Shown here piece after piece: positions 7,544-18,270 of a stretch of 18,720 nucleotides of DNA (positions are counted from its first letter, which is position 1; each line of letters begins with the position of its first letter). Location: contig JBDGQO010000038.1 in assembly GCA_042219045.1 (NCBI GenBank), positions 1-18,720 of the forward strand. The letters are read 5' to 3'. The stretch is from Candidatus Bipolaricaulia bacterium (GTDB lineage: Bacteria > Bipolaricaulota > Bipolaricaulia > RBG-16-55-9). Below the pieces are notes generated by a model. The model saw only the letters and a list, made by a program, of their open reading frames with translations, did no database searches and was not told the DNA's origin. The position numbers were made by a program, and so were the translations under genes.

Positions 7544-8374
7544 TCAACCGAGGTCGGACGGGGACATGACGCCGTCCTCGGCGACAACATGGGTGAGTAA
7601 CGCGGGCGGGGTCAGCTCAAAGTAGCGATTGACGACCTCAAGGGAGGTGGCCGTGACGTCGGCGACCTCGCGCGGATCCATGTCGGCGATCCAGGCCGGG
7701 TCGAAGCGATCGAGCATCTTCAAGCGGGAAATGAGAGCAATGCACGGAACATCGGCATATCTCGCCGCAAGCGCCAATGGAAAAGTTCCGACCTTGTTGG
7801 CGAGGCCATTGGGGGCGAGCGCGTCGCCCCCGACGAGGACGAGGTCGGCCTCGCGCGCCATCGACGGGCTCAAGGCATCCGCGCAGACCGTGGCTGCGAT
7901 GCCGGCCTGGGCCAACGAGGAGGCCAGCGTCACGCCCTCGTTGAGTGGACGCGACTCGGGACAGACGACGCTGAGCTGCGGATTGGCCTCGGCGGCGTCC
8001 CGCAGCGCGACCGCCACCGTCGAACTGGCCGAGATCGTCACGACGCGATCCACGCGCGACAGCAACGCCTGGGCCTCATGCGCAATCGCCTCGGTGCTGG
8101 CGCTGAGCTCCTGGAGGACTTGATCGATCGCGTTGCGGGTGTTCGCGATCGACCCGACCCGCGCGGCCGCCTTCGCTCGCTCGGCCAAGTTGCGAATGGA
8201 GGCCATGGCGGGCTGTGCCTCCACGAGCCGATCCGCGAACTCCCCAAATCCATCCAGCCCGTCGGCTTCGTCCAAGCGTTGGCGGAGCGCCTCGGCGGCA
8301 CGGCGCGTCAGCGCGGTGGCCCCCGAATGACGATCCTGGGCGATCTCTTGGACGAGCTGGTCGCTGTCCGCCAT
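7544..8374 (-). CDS. eIF-2B alpha/beta/delta (IF-2B) family protein, archaeal-like subfamily
   Basis: DRHSGA, QPAMA...[30 protein letters not shown] and N.YFE.TP..L. Start is ATG 8374 or TTG 8380. Confidence 0.88.
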   Translation of the reverse strand: MADSDQLVQEIAQDRHSGATALTRRAAEALRQRLDEADGLDGFGEFADRLVEAQPAMASIRNLAERAKAAARVGSIANTRNAIDQVLQELSASTEAIAHEAQALLSRVDRVVTISASSTVAVALRDAAEANPQLSVVCPESRPLNEGVTLASSLAQAGIAATVCADALSPSMAREADLVLVGGDALAPNGLANKVGTFPLALAARYADVPCIALISRLKMLDRFDPAWIADMDPREVADVTATSLEVVNRYFELTPPALLTHVVAEDGVMSPSDLG

Positions 8375-8384
8375 GGACAAGTGA

Positions 8385-8438
8385 ATCGTAGTCGCAATGG
8401 GTGTTGAGTTGCAATCGGACGCCTCGTTCTCCTAGCGT
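8385..8438. promoter_or_regulatory. Putative bidirectional promoter sharing a palindromic -35 (TTGCAA, 8409-8414)
   Basis: Plus strand: TTGCAA-18 bp-TAGCGT toward ltaE. Minus strand: TTGCAA-18 bp-TACGAT toward the IF-2B-family gene. Confidence 0.45.
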
Positions 8439-8473
8439 TCCGTCGACGGAACCAGCAAATGGAGGAGCGGCTC

Positions 8474-9502
8474 ATGAGCGACAACCCGATCGTTGATCTG
8501 CGAAGCGACACGGTCACCCAGCCCACGGACGAAATGCGCGAGGCGATGGCCCATGCCGCCGTCGGCGACGACGTCTTCAGCGAGGACCCGACCGTCAACG
8601 AGCTCCAAGAGCGTTGTGCTGAGCTAACGGGCCACGAAGCAGGGCTGTTCATGCCCACGGGCAGCATGGGCAACGAGGTCGCGCTCGACACGCACACGCA
8701 CCCTGGTGACGAGGTCGTCTGCGACGCGCACGCCCACATCCACGACTACGAGCTGGGCGCCATGACGGCCTACGTCGGCGCCATGCCGCGCGCGATCCCG
8801 ACCGAGGCGGGCTTTTTCCGCGTTGAGGACATCGAGGCCAAAGTGAAGCCGCACACGCCCGTCGGCAACGGCACCGGACTCATCGCTTTGGAGAGCACGC
8901 ACAACATGCGTGGGGGCGCCGTCTATCCGCTGGACGTGGCCCACGACGTGATCGAGTTTGCCCACGCCAAGGGCATTCCCGTTCACTTGGACGGCGCGCG
9001 GGCCTGGAACGCGGCGGCCGCATCGGGCGTCGAGCTAGCCGAGATCACGGGGCCGTTCGACTCCGCGATGCTGTCGTTCAGCAAGGGACTCGGTGCGCCA
9101 GTCGGGTCCATTCTCGTGGGATCGCGGGACTTCATCGATCGCGCCCGCTACGTTCGAAAACGCATGGGCGGCGGGATGCGCCAGGTCGGGGTGCTGGCGG
9201 GCGCTTGTTTGCACGCGCTCGACCACCACAGGGAGCGACTCACCGACGACCACGCCAATGCAAAACGCCTCGCCGACGCGCTGGATGCGTTCGACGGGGT
9301 CACCCCCATTCCGCCGGAGACGAACATCCTCATCTTCGAATTGTCCAACAAGCCGGCTGCGGAGTTCTGCGACGAACTGAAAGCACACAACGTTCTGGCG
9401 TTTCCGATCAGCGCGCGCAAAGTGCGCATGGTGACGCACCTGGACGTGCCGGATGAGAAAATCGATCGGGCCATCGAGGCGATTCAGACGGTCTTGAGCT
9501 GA
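8474..9502 (+). CDS. ltaE: Low-specificity L-threonine aldolase (PLP-dependent)
   Basis: [37 protein letters not shown] (PLP lysine) and GGGMRQ. GGAGGAG precedes ATG 8474. Confidence 0.95.
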   Translation: MSDNPIVDLRSDTVTQPTDEMREAMAHAAVGDDVFSEDPTVNELQERCAELTGHEAGLFMPTGSMGNEVALDTHTHPGDEVVCDAHAHIHDYELGAMTAYVGAMPRAIPTEAGFFRVEDIEAKVKPHTPVGNGTGLIALESTHNMRGGAVYPLDVAHDVIEFAHAKGIPVHLDGARAWNAAAASGVELAEITGPFDSAMLSFSKGLGAPVGSILVGSRDFIDRARYVRKRMGGGMRQVGVLAGACLHALDHHRERLTDDHANAKRLADALDAFDGVTPIPPETNILIFELSNKPAAEFCDELKAHNVLAFPISARKVRMVTHLDVPDEKIDRAIEAIQTVLS

Positions 9503-9516
9503 GCAAGGAGGTTGTC

Positions 9517-9990
9517 ATGAGCGAGGTCGAGCAGAAGCTGCAGGACATGGGGTTGGCACTGCCGGAGGCGCCGACGCCCGTGGCCGCCTACATTCCGGCC
9601 AAGCAGGTCGGCGAGTTCGTCTACGTCTCCGGCCAGATCCCCATGAAGGATGGAGAAATCGCCTACACCGGCAAGGTCGGCCAGGACTTATCAACGGAGG
9701 ACGGCTACGAGGCAGCCAAGATCTGCACGCTGAATGCGCTCGCGGTCGTCAAGTCCGTCATTGGGGAATGGGCGAACCTGGTCGAAGTCGTCCACGTGCG
9801 CGGCTACGTCAACAGCGCGCCCGAGTTCGGCGAACAGCCGGAGGTCGTCAACGGGGCCTCGGAGTTCCTGGGCGAGCTGTTGGGCGATCGCGGCACGCAC
9901 GCCCGCGCCGCCGTCGGCGTGGCGGGGTTGCCGCGGGGCGTGCCGGTGGAGATTGAGATGGTGGTGAGGGTAGCATCATCAATTCCTTGA
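9517..9990 (+). CDS. Rid (YjgF/YER057c/UK114) family protein, likely Rid1-type imine deaminase
   Basis: P.P.AAY.P, VSGQ.P, QP.V.NGAS and HARAAVGV..LP...PVEIE with the active-site Arg. AAGGAGG upstream. Confidence 0.92.
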   Translation: MSEVEQKLQDMGLALPEAPTPVAAYIPAKQVGEFVYVSGQIPMKDGEIAYTGKVGQDLSTEDGYEAAKICTLNALAVVKSVIGEWANLVEVVHVRGYVNSAPEFGEQPEVVNGASEFLGELLGDRGTHARAAVGVAGLPRGVPVEIEMVVRVASSIP

Positions 9991-10028
9991 GAACCGAACC
10001 GGATACGCCAGTCGTCGGTTTGTCTGGG

Positions 10029-10337
10029 TCATGCTTGATCCGCAGGAACTTGGTCTTCCAGGGAGACATTCAATCGTTTCCCGATCGCTTCCGCAGCCCG
10101 GCTCATCGTCTTCAAGTTGACCGAGTCATTGTCCGGATCGAGCAGGCGATTTAGCGACGATCGGCTCGTGTTCATCCGTTCCGCCATTTCGGTCTTCGTC
10201 AGGCCCTTCTCGGCCATCTCCTGTTGGATATGCCGGGCCAGGACGCGCTTGATCGCGACCTCCGTGACCTCGTCGCGAATGCCCTCCTCTGCCAGAAAGT
10301 CGTCAAACGACGACCCAATGTGCTTGTTCTCGGTCAT
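10029..10337 (-). CDS. XRE-family HTH protein, HigA-like antitoxin type
   Basis: N-terminus KHIGSSFDDFL.EEG and HTH TKTEMAERMNTSRSSLNRLLDP. AAGGAG precedes ATG 10337, which overlaps the esterase stop (ATGA). 102 aa. Confidence 0.88.
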   Translation of the reverse strand: MTENKHIGSSFDDFLAEEGIRDEVTEVAIKRVLARHIQQEMAEKGLTKTEMAERMNTSRSSLNRLLDPDNDSVNLKTMSRAAEAIGKRLNVSLEDQVPADQA

Positions 10338-11398
10338 GCTGAATCTCCTTCCAGTTGGGCCTTGCGCTCGCGAGAGTCCGTAAGCGCCTGACGGAGGAAC
10401 GCCCACGCGAGCCGCGCCCCTTCCATGTCGTGGTTCTGCGGGCCGACAACACGCTCCGCTCCTCGCGGCAGACGATGCTCACGCGAGGGCATCGTGTGTC
10501 CGCCTCCGGCCACCCGACAGAACCGCACGGCCGAGCCCGTCTCCGGTTCGGGGTAATCTTCGCAGACGATCCGGCTGCCGTCGTTGGGGTCCCGGTTGGG
10601 CAGCACTTGGACGGTCCGTCGAGACGGATCGGCATCGTTGGCGTCAATCCACATATCGCGCGTCTTCTCGGCGGAATGGACTTGGCCACGCCCGTTGGCG
10701 ATGGTCCCGCCCGCGTAGGGCATGAGCGGGTCGGCCGTGCCGTTGGCGATGAAGACGGGCACGGGCTCCGAGGGATCGGGGCACTCCCCGTCTTGGGGCA
10801 GATTGGCGATGAACGCCGCGATGGCCGCGATCCGATCGGGCCGCTCGATGGCGAGGCGATACGCCATCATGCCCCCGTTGGAGGCGCCCGTGACGGCCAG
10901 TTTCTCGGAAGCGAGATGGAAACGATCGACGGCCCAGTCAGCCAGGGCAATCACGAACCCGACGTCGTCGACGCGGGTCTCGTTCGCGAGCGACCGACAG
11001 TCGTTCCAGCGTTGGCGGTCGCCTGTAGGAGCCCCGGTTCGGGTGTTCGTGCCGTTGGGCACCAGCAAGGGGAATCCTTCTTCCTCCGCGATCTCGGGCC
11101 ATTCCTGGGTGCCGCCGGCGCCCCGCTCGAAGAGCTTGTCCATGCTCTGCGTGCCGCCGTGCAGGAGCACGACGGTCGGCGCGTCTCGGGCCAAGTTGGA
11201 TGGGACGTAGAAGCGGAATCGGCGCTCCAGCCCGTCGTGTGCGAGCGTTCCCTCATGCCAGCCGGGCGCGTTGCTCGCCGCCTGACGCGACACCTGGCTC
11301 GACGACGGGTCAACGGGCAGCGACCCCGCCAGGACGCCGAGCGCCCACAGTGCCGATCCGAGCAGCATCATGGTGCCAAGCCCGAAGGGAATACGCAT
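10334..11398 (-). CDS. Secreted alpha/beta hydrolase (LpqC / PHB-depolymerase-like esterase)
   Basis: Signal-like N-terminus, LHGG oxyanion motif, WND, VDDVGF, nucleophile elbow GASNGG, GTADP (Asp) and GGGH (His). AGGAGG precedes ATG 11398. Confidence 0.9.
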   Translation of the reverse strand: MRIPFGLGTMMLLGSALWALGVLAGSLPVDPSSSQVSRQAASNAPGWHEGTLAHDGLERRFRFYVPSNLARDAPTVVLLHGGTQSMDKLFERGAGGTQEWPEIAEEEGFPLLVPNGTNTRTGAPTGDRQRWNDCRSLANETRVDDVGFVIALADWAVDRFHLASEKLAVTGASNGGMMAYRLAIERPDRIAAIAAFIANLPQDGECPDPSEPVPVFIANGTADPLMPYAGGTIANGRGQVHSAEKTRDMWIDANDADPSRRTVQVLPNRDPNDGSRIVCEDYPEPETGSAVRFCRVAGGGHTMPSREHRLPRGAERVVGPQNHDMEGARLAWAFLRQALTDSRERKAQLEGDSA

Positions 11399-11423
11399 GG
11401 CCACCGTCCTCCTTGGGAGTGGT

Positions 11424-12170
11424 TCAGAGCTTGATCTTGCGGAACATGTACGCCCCGAAGCCGAGCATCGCCGCGGTGAAGCCGCCGAGCACGATCAGGC
11501 TGACGAGGGGGCTGATGTCGGAGGCGCCGAGCACGCCGGCGCGGATGCCCTGGACGCCGTAGGTGAGCGGGTCGATGTAGGTCAGGCCCTGGAGCCACGA
11601 CGGCAATCCTTCCAGCGGAAAGAGCGCCCCCGAGAGAAAGAACAGGGGGAAAATGACGAAGTTGATGATGAACTGGAAGCCCTGCATGTCCTCCATGCGG
11701 GAGGCCGCGGCCACACCCAAGGCCGTGAAGCACAGCCCGATGAGCACCATGAACACTGCGGCCAGCAGGACCCCGCCGACGCTGTGGATCGACACCCCCA
11801 AGCCGAGCGAAATGATGAAGATGAGCCCGCCTTGGATGAGCGCGGTCGTCGCGCCGCCGAGCGTCTGGCCGATCATGATCTCGAGGCGCGAGACGGGGGC
11901 GACCATCGTCTCCTTGAGGAAGCCGAACTGTTTGTCCCAGACGACCTGGATGCCGGAGAACATCGAGGCAAAGAGGATCGTCATGGCGACGATGCCGGGC
12001 GCGATGAAGCTGACGTAGCTGTCGACGTCCGGGATATCCAGCGCCGAGTTGAGCCCGAAGCCGAGCACCAGGAGAAAGAAGAACGGCATCCCCAGGCTGC
12101 CGATGATGCGGCTCTTGGAGCGGACGTAGCGTTTGACGTTGCGCAGCCAGATGATGTAGATCGCGCCCAT
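11424..12170 (-). CDS. ABC-2 type exporter permease (DrrB-like)
   Basis: About 6 TM helices with Y..F..PG, D..FGFLKE..VAP.SR, FLSGA.FP...LP.W and PLTY. Confidence 0.93.
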   Translation of the reverse strand: MGAIYIIWLRNVKRYVRSKSRIIGSLGMPFFFLLVLGFGLNSALDIPDVDSYVSFIAPGIVAMTILFASMFSGIQVVWDKQFGFLKETMVAPVSRLEIMIGQTLGGATTALIQGGLIFIISLGLGVSIHSVGGVLLAAVFMVLIGLCFTALGVAAASRMEDMQGFQFIINFVIFPLFFLSGALFPLEGLPSWLQGLTYIDPLTYGVQGIRAGVLGASDISPLVSLIVLGGFTAAMLGFGAYMFRKIKL

Positions 12171-12196
12171 CGGTCACGCTCCTCGTGCGATCATCG

Positions 12197-13179
<983 letters not shown>

Positions 13180-13183
<4 letters not shown>

Positions 13184-14226
13184 GACTCGCCGAAGGTCGT
13201 CGTCTCGGTCAAGAACTCGAGCTCATCGGGACAGACCTGCGCTTCTTTGTTATTGGCGACGGTGTTGCCGTTGCCCTCGATCGACCCGTCGAACGCGTCG
13301 TCTGAGCTGAAGTTATCCACGCAGGGTTCTCGGTGGGCCAACACGCCGCTCCCCTGATTGGACTCGACCGTATTGCGATAAAGCTCCGCCGTTGCGGATT
13401 GCTCCAGGCTGACGCCATGGCCCGCGTTGCCCGACAGCGTGGCTCCCAGGACGCGCCCCGTGCTGAAGCCGCGCAGCAAGAGGCCGTGCTTGCCGTTGTT
13501 GGACAGGTCCGTATCGAGGATCCGCACCGACGCGGAAAAGATCGCGATCAGGCCGTTCTGAGTGTTGTCGGTGATCGTGGAGTTGGCCACGCTGACCGGG
13601 TTGGAACTGGACGTGCCCAGGCCCTGGGTGTCGTTGTTGGAGAAGTCGGACCGGAAGGCGTCGATGGTTGCCTCATCAAGCGCAAGCAGGCCCGCGTCGC
13701 CGTTGTTGCGGAACGCGGTATTGATGGCCGTCACGAAGGTCTCATCCTGGGCATGGAGGCCGTCGTTCGCGTTGCCCGTGACGACGACGTCGCTGAGGGT
13801 CACGTTCGCGTTGCCGAGCACCCCGACCCCGTCACCCTCGGTGGCGCCGGAGAGGTCGTCACGGCAAGTGCCCGAGCTCGCACCGCGCAGCGTCATGTTG
13901 GCCAGTTGGACATCGATGGGTCGGGATGCGCTGCTCCGGATCAGGGCCACCGGACAGCCCTGCGTGCTCGCATTGATCTCAACGTCACTGGGGTTGGCCC
14001 CCATCCCGCGCACGGTTATGCTCTTGTCGATCGTCAGGTTGGCTTGCCACGTGCCGGCGGCGACGAGCACGGTCCCGCCTTTCGCAACGTTGCCGATGGC
14101 TTCGGGAAGGTCCGCGGCGTCCGTCGGCACCCGGACGACCTGCGCGGCATCCTGAGCCGCAGGCGTCAGTGCCAAGCCGATGGACAGCCCCAGTACCAAC
14201 GCCGATACAGCGATTTGTCGTGTCAT
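13180..14226 (-). CDS. Secreted right-handed parallel beta-helix repeat protein
   Basis: AAGGAG before ATG 14226 and a signal peptide ending in PAA-Q. Pectin-lyase-like cap (VPTD....EAI...GGTV.V..G) followed by ~22-aa repeats ending in (N/S)N...G(L/V). Confidence 0.88.
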
Positions 14227-14294
14227 GGATCGTCTCCTTTGCATAACGGATGGTCTCATGGTCATTGGGGATCCCATTGTCGTCAAGGGGGCGA

Positions 14295-14328
14295 CGGCTC
14301 CGGTGGAGACGGAGCTCCACCGGAGCCG
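14295..14328. terminator. Perfect 14-bp GC-rich hairpin (terminator or mRNA-stabilising element)
   Basis: CGGCTCCGGTGGAG / CTCCACCGGAGCCG with a 6-nt loop, about 35 bp after the stop of the LolA-like gene. No U-tract. Confidence 0.55.
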
Positions 14329-14362
14329 ACTTGCGGGGTGAGAAGGGGGTTGATGCAGCGAT

Positions 14363-15250
14363 TCAATTGACGCATGGTGACTTGATGCCGAATTTCTCGG
14401 GGTTGAAGTCTGGCAAGTTCTCCGGATTGAACATCGAATCGGCGAACGCGGCCTCGGGCCGACGGCGGATCTCGGTCGTCACGGTCGTCTTGGAGCCGTC
14501 CAGGACGTTCTCGACGACGATCTGATTGGGCACGGTGTCGCCGTCGAACTCCACAAACTCGTCGAGCGTGAGCGTGCGCTCCAACGTCCCGTTGGCGTTG
14601 TTGAACTCGGCGCGGAACGTCACGAACTCTTCCGTGTCGATCCAGACCGTGCCCGTGGGGAAGTCGACGTCGGCGCCCTCGCGCTGGGCGAGCGTGACGC
14701 GATAGGCCTTGCGCTCGGTCGTCTCGCCGCGCCAGGAGACCTCGACCGTCTCGGTGCCCTCCAGCGTCCCGCGATAGTCCTTGTTGAAGTCCTGGCCGCC
14801 GCCGCCGATCTCGTCGCGCTCCAAGTTACTGCCCGCGAAGCTGGCGTTGCGGTCCTCCTCGCTGACCAGCTCTTTCACTTGCCCGAGAGCCGACAGGAAC
14901 AGCCAGAGTTGGGAATCCTTGCCCGCGGCGTCGGGATCGTGGGTGAGGAACATCGTGCCGCACTCGGACTCGGGTCGCAGGAAATAAATCAACGACTTGT
15001 CGATCCCCTCTTGCTTGCTCTTGCTGAAGAACGCGAACTCGCGGCTGCCCGTTGACCCGTCGGAGAAGACGAGGTCGAAGGTCGCGCGGGATAGCTGACT
15101 GCCTTGCGCGTTGAAGCCGCCCTCGTCGGCGGCGCGTTGCAGGATCTCTTCGCCCGTGAGTTGGTCGTCTTGCGCATTGGCCAAGGGACCGAGTCCCACG
15201 GCGACCCAGAGTCCGAGGGCGATCACGAGTCCGATTCGAAGCGTTGTCAT
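14363..15250 (-). CDS. Outer-membrane lipoprotein-sorting (LolA-like) protein
   Basis: AAGGAGG upstream, signal peptide (ANA-Q), SLIYF..P....GT.FL, QLWLFL.AL..V and SFAGS. Adjacent to an MMPL gene, as is usual for this family. Confidence 0.85.
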   Translation of the reverse strand: MTTLRIGLVIALGLWVAVGLGPLANAQDDQLTGEEILQRAADEGGFNAQGSQLSRATFDLVFSDGSTGSREFAFFSKSKQEGIDKSLIYFLRPESECGTMFLTHDPDAAGKDSQLWLFLSALGQVKELVSEEDRNASFAGSNLERDEIGGGGQDFNKDYRGTLEGTETVEVSWRGETTERKAYRVTLAQREGADVDFPTGTVWIDTEEFVTFRAEFNNANGTLERTLTLDEFVEFDGDTVPNQIVVENVLDGSKTTVTTEIRRRPEAAFADSMFNPENLPDFNPEKFGIKSPCVN

Positions 15251-15292
15251 GGGTGATTCCTCCTTTGACTGACGAATGATCGATCCGCATTT

Positions 15293-17656
15293 CTAGTCTG
15301 AGGCCGGTTCGGCATCGGACGTCGGTTCCGTCGTGTCCGTGTCCGGCTGAATGAACGGACTGGTCGCCCGCAGGAAGCCGGGTTGCCGCAGTACCAGGAT
15401 CGCGGGTACGACGGTGAACGAGCTTACGCTGGCGACGACCATGGTCAGCACGATCAACAGCCCGAAGTTGACGAGCCCCTGGAACGAGCTAAGCATAAGC
15501 ACCGCAAAGCCGAGGACAAGCGCCACGGCGTTGTAAAAGATCCCCTTGCCGGCGCTGCGCATGGTGCGCTCGAAGGCCTCGCGCGGCTCCCGGCCCTGCT
15601 GAGATTCCAGCCGGAAGCGGCTCAGGAAGTGGATGACGTAGTCGATCCCGATGCCCACGGCGATCGATCCCAGCATCAGTGTCGCCATGTCGAGCGGGAT
15701 GCCCGCGTACGACATGGCGCCGAACTCGATGACGATCGTCAACACCAGCGGGATCAATCCCAGCAATCCGGCGGTCAACGACATCATCAGCACGGCCACC
15801 AGAATCCCTGCGGCGACGACGCTGGCGGTCAGGCTGGTGATCTGGCTGGAGACGACCTTGTCGGTCAGCACGGAGAACGCTCGCACGAGGCCGACCATTT
15901 CGGCTTGAGCGACATCCGCGTTGGCGAACTCCCGATCCAGATACGACTGGACCTGCGCGACGATCTCCTGGTAGCGCTGGCTGCTGACGTCCTCGAGCCG
16001 CGCCAGCACCTCGCCCTTGGAGTAGTCGCCGAGGAAGAGCTTGCCCGGGTCGCCGCTGAAGAGGATGAACAGCTGCGCAGCCAGGCGAGGATCGTCCGGA
16101 ATTCGGTAATACTCGGGGTTGGACGCGTGCAGCGTCTCGTTGAGCTGGCGCACCACGTCGGCGACCGAGGAGATCTGGCCGACCTCGGGGACGTTGGCCT
16201 TCAGGAACGCGTGGAGATCGACGATCTTTCGCAGCACCTCGGGATCCTTCAAACCATCGCGACGGCCGGTATCGATCTCGATCGACATCTGCCGGCTGCC
16301 GCCGAAATGTTTTTCCATGGTGTCCATCGCTTGCACGACGGGATGTCCGTCGCCAAGAAAGGCGTCCGAGCTCGTCTCCACGCGGACCTGGAAAACGCCG
16401 ACCAGAAAGACGACCAGGACCGCGACGGCCACGCCGACCGTCCAACCGGGCCGCCCCCCGACGACCGACGCCACGCGACCGAGGCCCATGGACAGGGGAC
16501 TGCGGCGGTAGTTGCCCTTGACCTCGGGCACCTTGAGCCGGGCGAGCAACGCCGGAATCAGGGTGAACGACAGGATCATGGCATAAAGGATGCCGAGCGC
16601 GGTGAACACGCCCATCATGCGCTGGGGCCAGAGGTACGCCGTGATAAGCCCCAAGAACCCGGCCGCGGTCGTCAAGCTCGTCATGACCACGGGCGCGAAC
16701 ATCTCGTCCATGGTGTTGATGACGATATCGCGACGCGGGTAATCGGGATTGTCACGGTGCTTGGCCGCCTCCTCGTAATACTTATTGAGGATGTGGATGG
16801 CGTCGGCGGCGCCGATGGCAATGAGCATCACGGGCATGATCGTCGTGTAGGGCGTCATCTCCACGCCGACGATCGCCATGGAGGCCACGGCCCAGAGGCT
16901 GCTCAGGACCACGATCGCCAACGGCAGGGCCACACCGCGCACGCTGCGGAAGCTCGCCAAGAGCACCCCGAGCATGACCAGAAGCACAAACGGGATCAGC
17001 ACCCTCAGGTCGCGGTTCATGCTCTCCGAGGTCGCCACGCGCACGACGGGGTCGCCCGCCATGTAGATCTCTTCCGGGCCGCGGTACTCGTCCAAGATCC
17101 CCTTGATCGTGTCGATGAGCTGGGGCACGTCGGCCGTGTGGGGATCGAGCGTGATGGAGATCGCACCGGCTTGCCCGTCCTCGGCGATCAGGCGCCCCAT
17201 CATGTTGCGGTCGTTCGTGACGCGGCGCTTGTACGCCTGGATCTCTGCCTCGGTCTGCGGGACCTGCGACATCGCCTCCTCGACGACGACGGAGTCCTCG
17301 GTGCCATAGATGAGGTTGGCGCTGGCAGGCCCTTCCACCTCCTCGACCCCCGTCAGATCGGAGATGCGATGCTCGATCTCCTTGAATTTGCGGAGCGTTG
17401 AGGTCTGGTAGATGGTGTCCTCGGCCTCGATGGCGATCAGGAACAGATCCTGCGAGCCGTAGGTGTCCTCGGCCCGATTGAGCGCCTGCACGGCGGGTTC
17501 GCTGTCGGGCAAGAACTCCTTGAAATCGGACTCGAACGTCAGCCCGCTCGCGAGGAACCCGGCGACGAAGCCCGCCGTGATCAGCCCCACGAGCCCGAGA
17601 GCCAACCAAGGATGATCCGCCACTCGGGCTGTGAACGACCGGATAAACTGCTTCAT
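15293..17656 (-). CDS. MMPL / RND-superfamily transporter
   Basis: 787 aa with two repeats of 1 TM + extracytoplasmic loop + 5 TM. Motifs IAIGAADAIH and VGIGIDYVIHF, MTSLTTAAGF and G..I..NA.....GF. Confidence 0.93.
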   Translation of the reverse strand: MKQFIRSFTARVADHPWLALGLVGLITAGFVAGFLASGLTFESDFKEFLPDSEPAVQALNRAEDTYGSQDLFLIAIEAEDTIYQTSTLRKFKEIEHRISDLTGVEEVEGPASANLIYGTEDSVVVEEAMSQVPQTEAEIQAYKRRVTNDRNMMGRLIAEDGQAGAISITLDPHTADVPQLIDTIKGILDEYRGPEEIYMAGDPVVRVATSESMNRDLRVLIPFVLLVMLGVLLASFRSVRGVALPLAIVVLSSLWAVASMAIVGVEMTPYTTIMPVMLIAIGAADAIHILNKYYEEAAKHRDNPDYPRRDIVINTMDEMFAPVVMTSLTTAAGFLGLITAYLWPQRMMGVFTALGILYAMILSFTLIPALLARLKVPEVKGNYRRSPLSMGLGRVASVVGGRPGWTVGVAVAVLVVFLVGVFQVRVETSSDAFLGDGHPVVQAMDTMEKHFGGSRQMSIEIDTGRRDGLKDPEVLRKIVDLHAFLKANVPEVGQISSVADVVRQLNETLHASNPEYYRIPDDPRLAAQLFILFSGDPGKLFLGDYSKGEVLARLEDVSSQRYQEIVAQVQSYLDREFANADVAQAEMVGLVRAFSVLTDKVVSSQITSLTASVVAAGILVAVLMMSLTAGLLGLIPLVLTIVIEFGAMSYAGIPLDMATLMLGSIAVGIGIDYVIHFLSRFRLESQQGREPREAFERTMRSAGKGIFYNAVALVLGFAVLMLSSFQGLVNFGLLIVLTMVVASVSSFTVVPAILVLRQPGFLRATSPFIQPDTDTTEPTSDAEPASD

Positions 17657-17672
17657 CGCAGCGCGACACCCC

Positions 17673-18209
17673 TCATGACTCGCTCCCGCAACGGAGCCAA
17701 CCGTGGTCCATCAACAACGCGGCAAAGTAGCCCGGCATGGCGTCGTCGGCGACGCTGAGCGCTCGGATGTCGACTTGGTCGTTGTTGGCCACCAACGTCT
17801 GGATCGTCTCAACGCCCTCGATCACATCCGGAGACGCCCGGTGCGGAATGTTGCAGGTGGCGATCCAGAGCTGGCCCAAGCCGAAGAGCACGTCGGCCCG
17901 CGGCACGATGAGAATGATCTCGTACGTGGCATCGCCCGAGTTGCGCCCCAACGGATCGTCATAGCTTGAGGCCACATCGGGAAAGACGGCGTTGACGTTG
18001 AACAATCCCGTCTGTTTGAGACCGCCGGCCAGGGCATTGACCACAAGCGACGCCTGGAACGTCTTCGTCTCGTCGACGATCAGCACGTCGACGCGATCAG
18101 CGCGATCGTCGCCCTGGGCTGCCGCCACATGCGGCAGGCCCAGCAGTCCCACCAACACGACACTGAGGGCGAGCAGCGCGCCCGGCCGTCGTCGCTCGGG
18201 ATGGATCAT
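17673..18209 (-). CDS. Hypothetical exported protein
   Basis: AGGAG before ATG 18209, a basic then hydrophobic signal peptide (AAA-Q), host-like codon usage, and co-orientation between the TetR and MMPL genes. Confidence 0.75.
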   Translation of the reverse strand: MIHPERRRPGALLALSVVLVGLLGLPHVAAAQGDDRADRVDVLIVDETKTFQASLVVNALAGGLKQTGLFNVNAVFPDVASSYDDPLGRNSGDATYEIILIVPRADVLFGLGQLWIATCNIPHRASPDVIEGVETIQTLVANNDQVDIRALSVADDAMPGYFAALLMDHGWLRCGSES

Positions 18210-18270
18210 CGCAACTCCTCTCCTTGATGCGATCACATGTGCGGTTTGCTTCCGAATATCTTACACACTC

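Noticed and set aside
15383..17401. 672-aa plus-strand ORF
   Set aside because: Antisense mirror of the MMPL gene, expected in high-GC DNA. No motifs.
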